Of a stretch of 64,000 bases of DNA, positions 63,374 through 64,000 are shown piece after piece. Positions within the stretch are counted from its first letter, which is position 1; each line of letters begins with the position of its first letter. The position numbers were made by a program, and so were the translations under genes. The stretch lies in the NCBI GenBank assembly GCA_003507445.1, contig DNVR01000019.1:206132-270131 (forward strand). Reading direction: 5' to 3'. The notes below the pieces were generated by a model. That model saw nothing but the letters and a program-made list of their open reading frames with translations, was not told the DNA's origin and made no database searches. This DNA is from Candidatus Moraniibacteriota bacterium (GTDB lineage: Bacteria > Patescibacteriota > Minisyncoccia > Moranbacterales > GWC2-37-73).

Positions 63374-64000
63374 ATGTTGACTTTAATAGTGTTTTTAATA
63401 ATCTTGGGTCTTTTGGTTTTTGTTCACGAGCTTGGTCATTTTGTGGTGGCACGCAGGAATGGTATTAAATGTGAAGAATTTGGTTTTGGTTTTCCACCCC
63501 GCGCGGTCGGTTGCTATTTTAATGAGAAAAGTAAAAAGTGGGAAATTGTTGCTGGCAATAAGCATATTGAATCAAAAAATACTGTTTATTCTTTGAACTG
63601 GTTTCCGTTGGGAGGTTTTGTGCGCATTAAAGGCGAAGATGGAACAGGGAAAGTGGACAAGGATAGTTTTGCAAGCAAATCAGCATGGATTAGGATTAAA
63701 GTTTTGGCTGCTGGTGTAATTATGAATTTCATCTTGGCTTGGGTTTTGTTTTCATTCCTTTTATTTTTGGGTATAAACCAAGAAGTTGATCAAAATGACA
63801 CAACAATAAAAGACGCTAAAATTCAAATTGTTACTGTCGCGCCAAAAAGTCCTGCCTATGAAATGGGAATTCGTGAAGGGGATACGGTGGTTAAATGTGT
63901 TGGCGATGATTCGAGATGCGCTCAATCGTTTTCCAACATTGCTCAGCTACAAAATTTTGTGATTGACAACAAAGGCAAGCAAATTACTTTTGAAGTTTTA
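63374..64000 (+). CDS. rseP: RIP metalloprotease RseP (site-2 protease), 3'-truncated at window edge
   Basis: N-terminal TM with HELGHF zinc motif, PDZ-like region; ORF runs off the window end. Confidence 0.8.
   Translation, partial: MLTLIVFLIILGLLVFVHELGHFVVARRNGIKCEEFGFGFPPRAVGCYFNEKSKKWEIVAGNKHIESKNTVYSLNWFPLGGFVRIKGEDGTGKVDKDSFASKSAWIRIKVLAAGVIMNFILAWVLFSFLLFLGINQEVDQNDTTIKDAKIQIVTVAPKSPAYEMGIREGDTVVKCVGDDSRCAQSFSNIAQLQNFVIDNKGKQITFEVL

Overview
This window is low-GC (~33%) and gene-dense, with almost all genes on the + strand. I infer a streamlined, CPR/Patescibacteria-like bacterium. Most of the window is housekeeping. It includes a ribosomal/rpoA operon (infA-rpmJ-rpsM-rpsK-rpsD-rpoA-rplQ-rplM-rpsI). 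Four aminoacyl-tRNA synthetases are present (glyQS with a T-box leader, proS, aspS). Glycolysis and cell-wall genes include pgk, eno, ddl, mraY and a D-Ala-D-Ala carboxypeptidase. Also present are ispH, frr, rseP, scpA/scpB, a tRNA-Lys(UUU), two ABC transporters, and a sensor kinase plus a tandem-REC regulator.
Three accessory regions stand out.
(1) 4.7-7.2 kb holds a Rad50/RloC-like ABC ATPase with a CxxC hook-like coiled coil and a C-terminal Zn-ribbon, preceded by a small acidic ORF.
(2) 8.07-12.0 kb is a higher-GC mini-island of five genes delimited by four copies of a ~90-bp conserved block. Each block is coupled to terminator-like hairpins and TTGACA-type promoter hexamers. The island holds two paralogous membrane proteins, a PRTase-fold protein, an unknown protein and a small Cys protein.
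(3) A ~10-kb defense/accessory insertion splits scpA from scpB. It carries a VOC protein, a GNAT cassette between 76-bp direct repeats, Dam with a GmrSD-like DUF262/DUF1524 enzyme, and a type II R-M pair with an extra PD-(D/E)xK protein. It also carries an AbrB/MazE-like gene with an unknown 475-aa partner, NUDIX, a PaaX-like gene, and HAD.
The genome is unusually rich in intergenic structured repeat families. These include tandem 10-bp TACGTA palindromes at module boundaries and SD-sequestering leader hairpins. A ~115-nt element occurs twice with a covarying internal hairpin. CATG-rich hairpins sit between r-protein genes. A GC-rich candidate sRNA is present, and a tRNA-3'-end/terminator direct repeat brackets a GC-rich insert.
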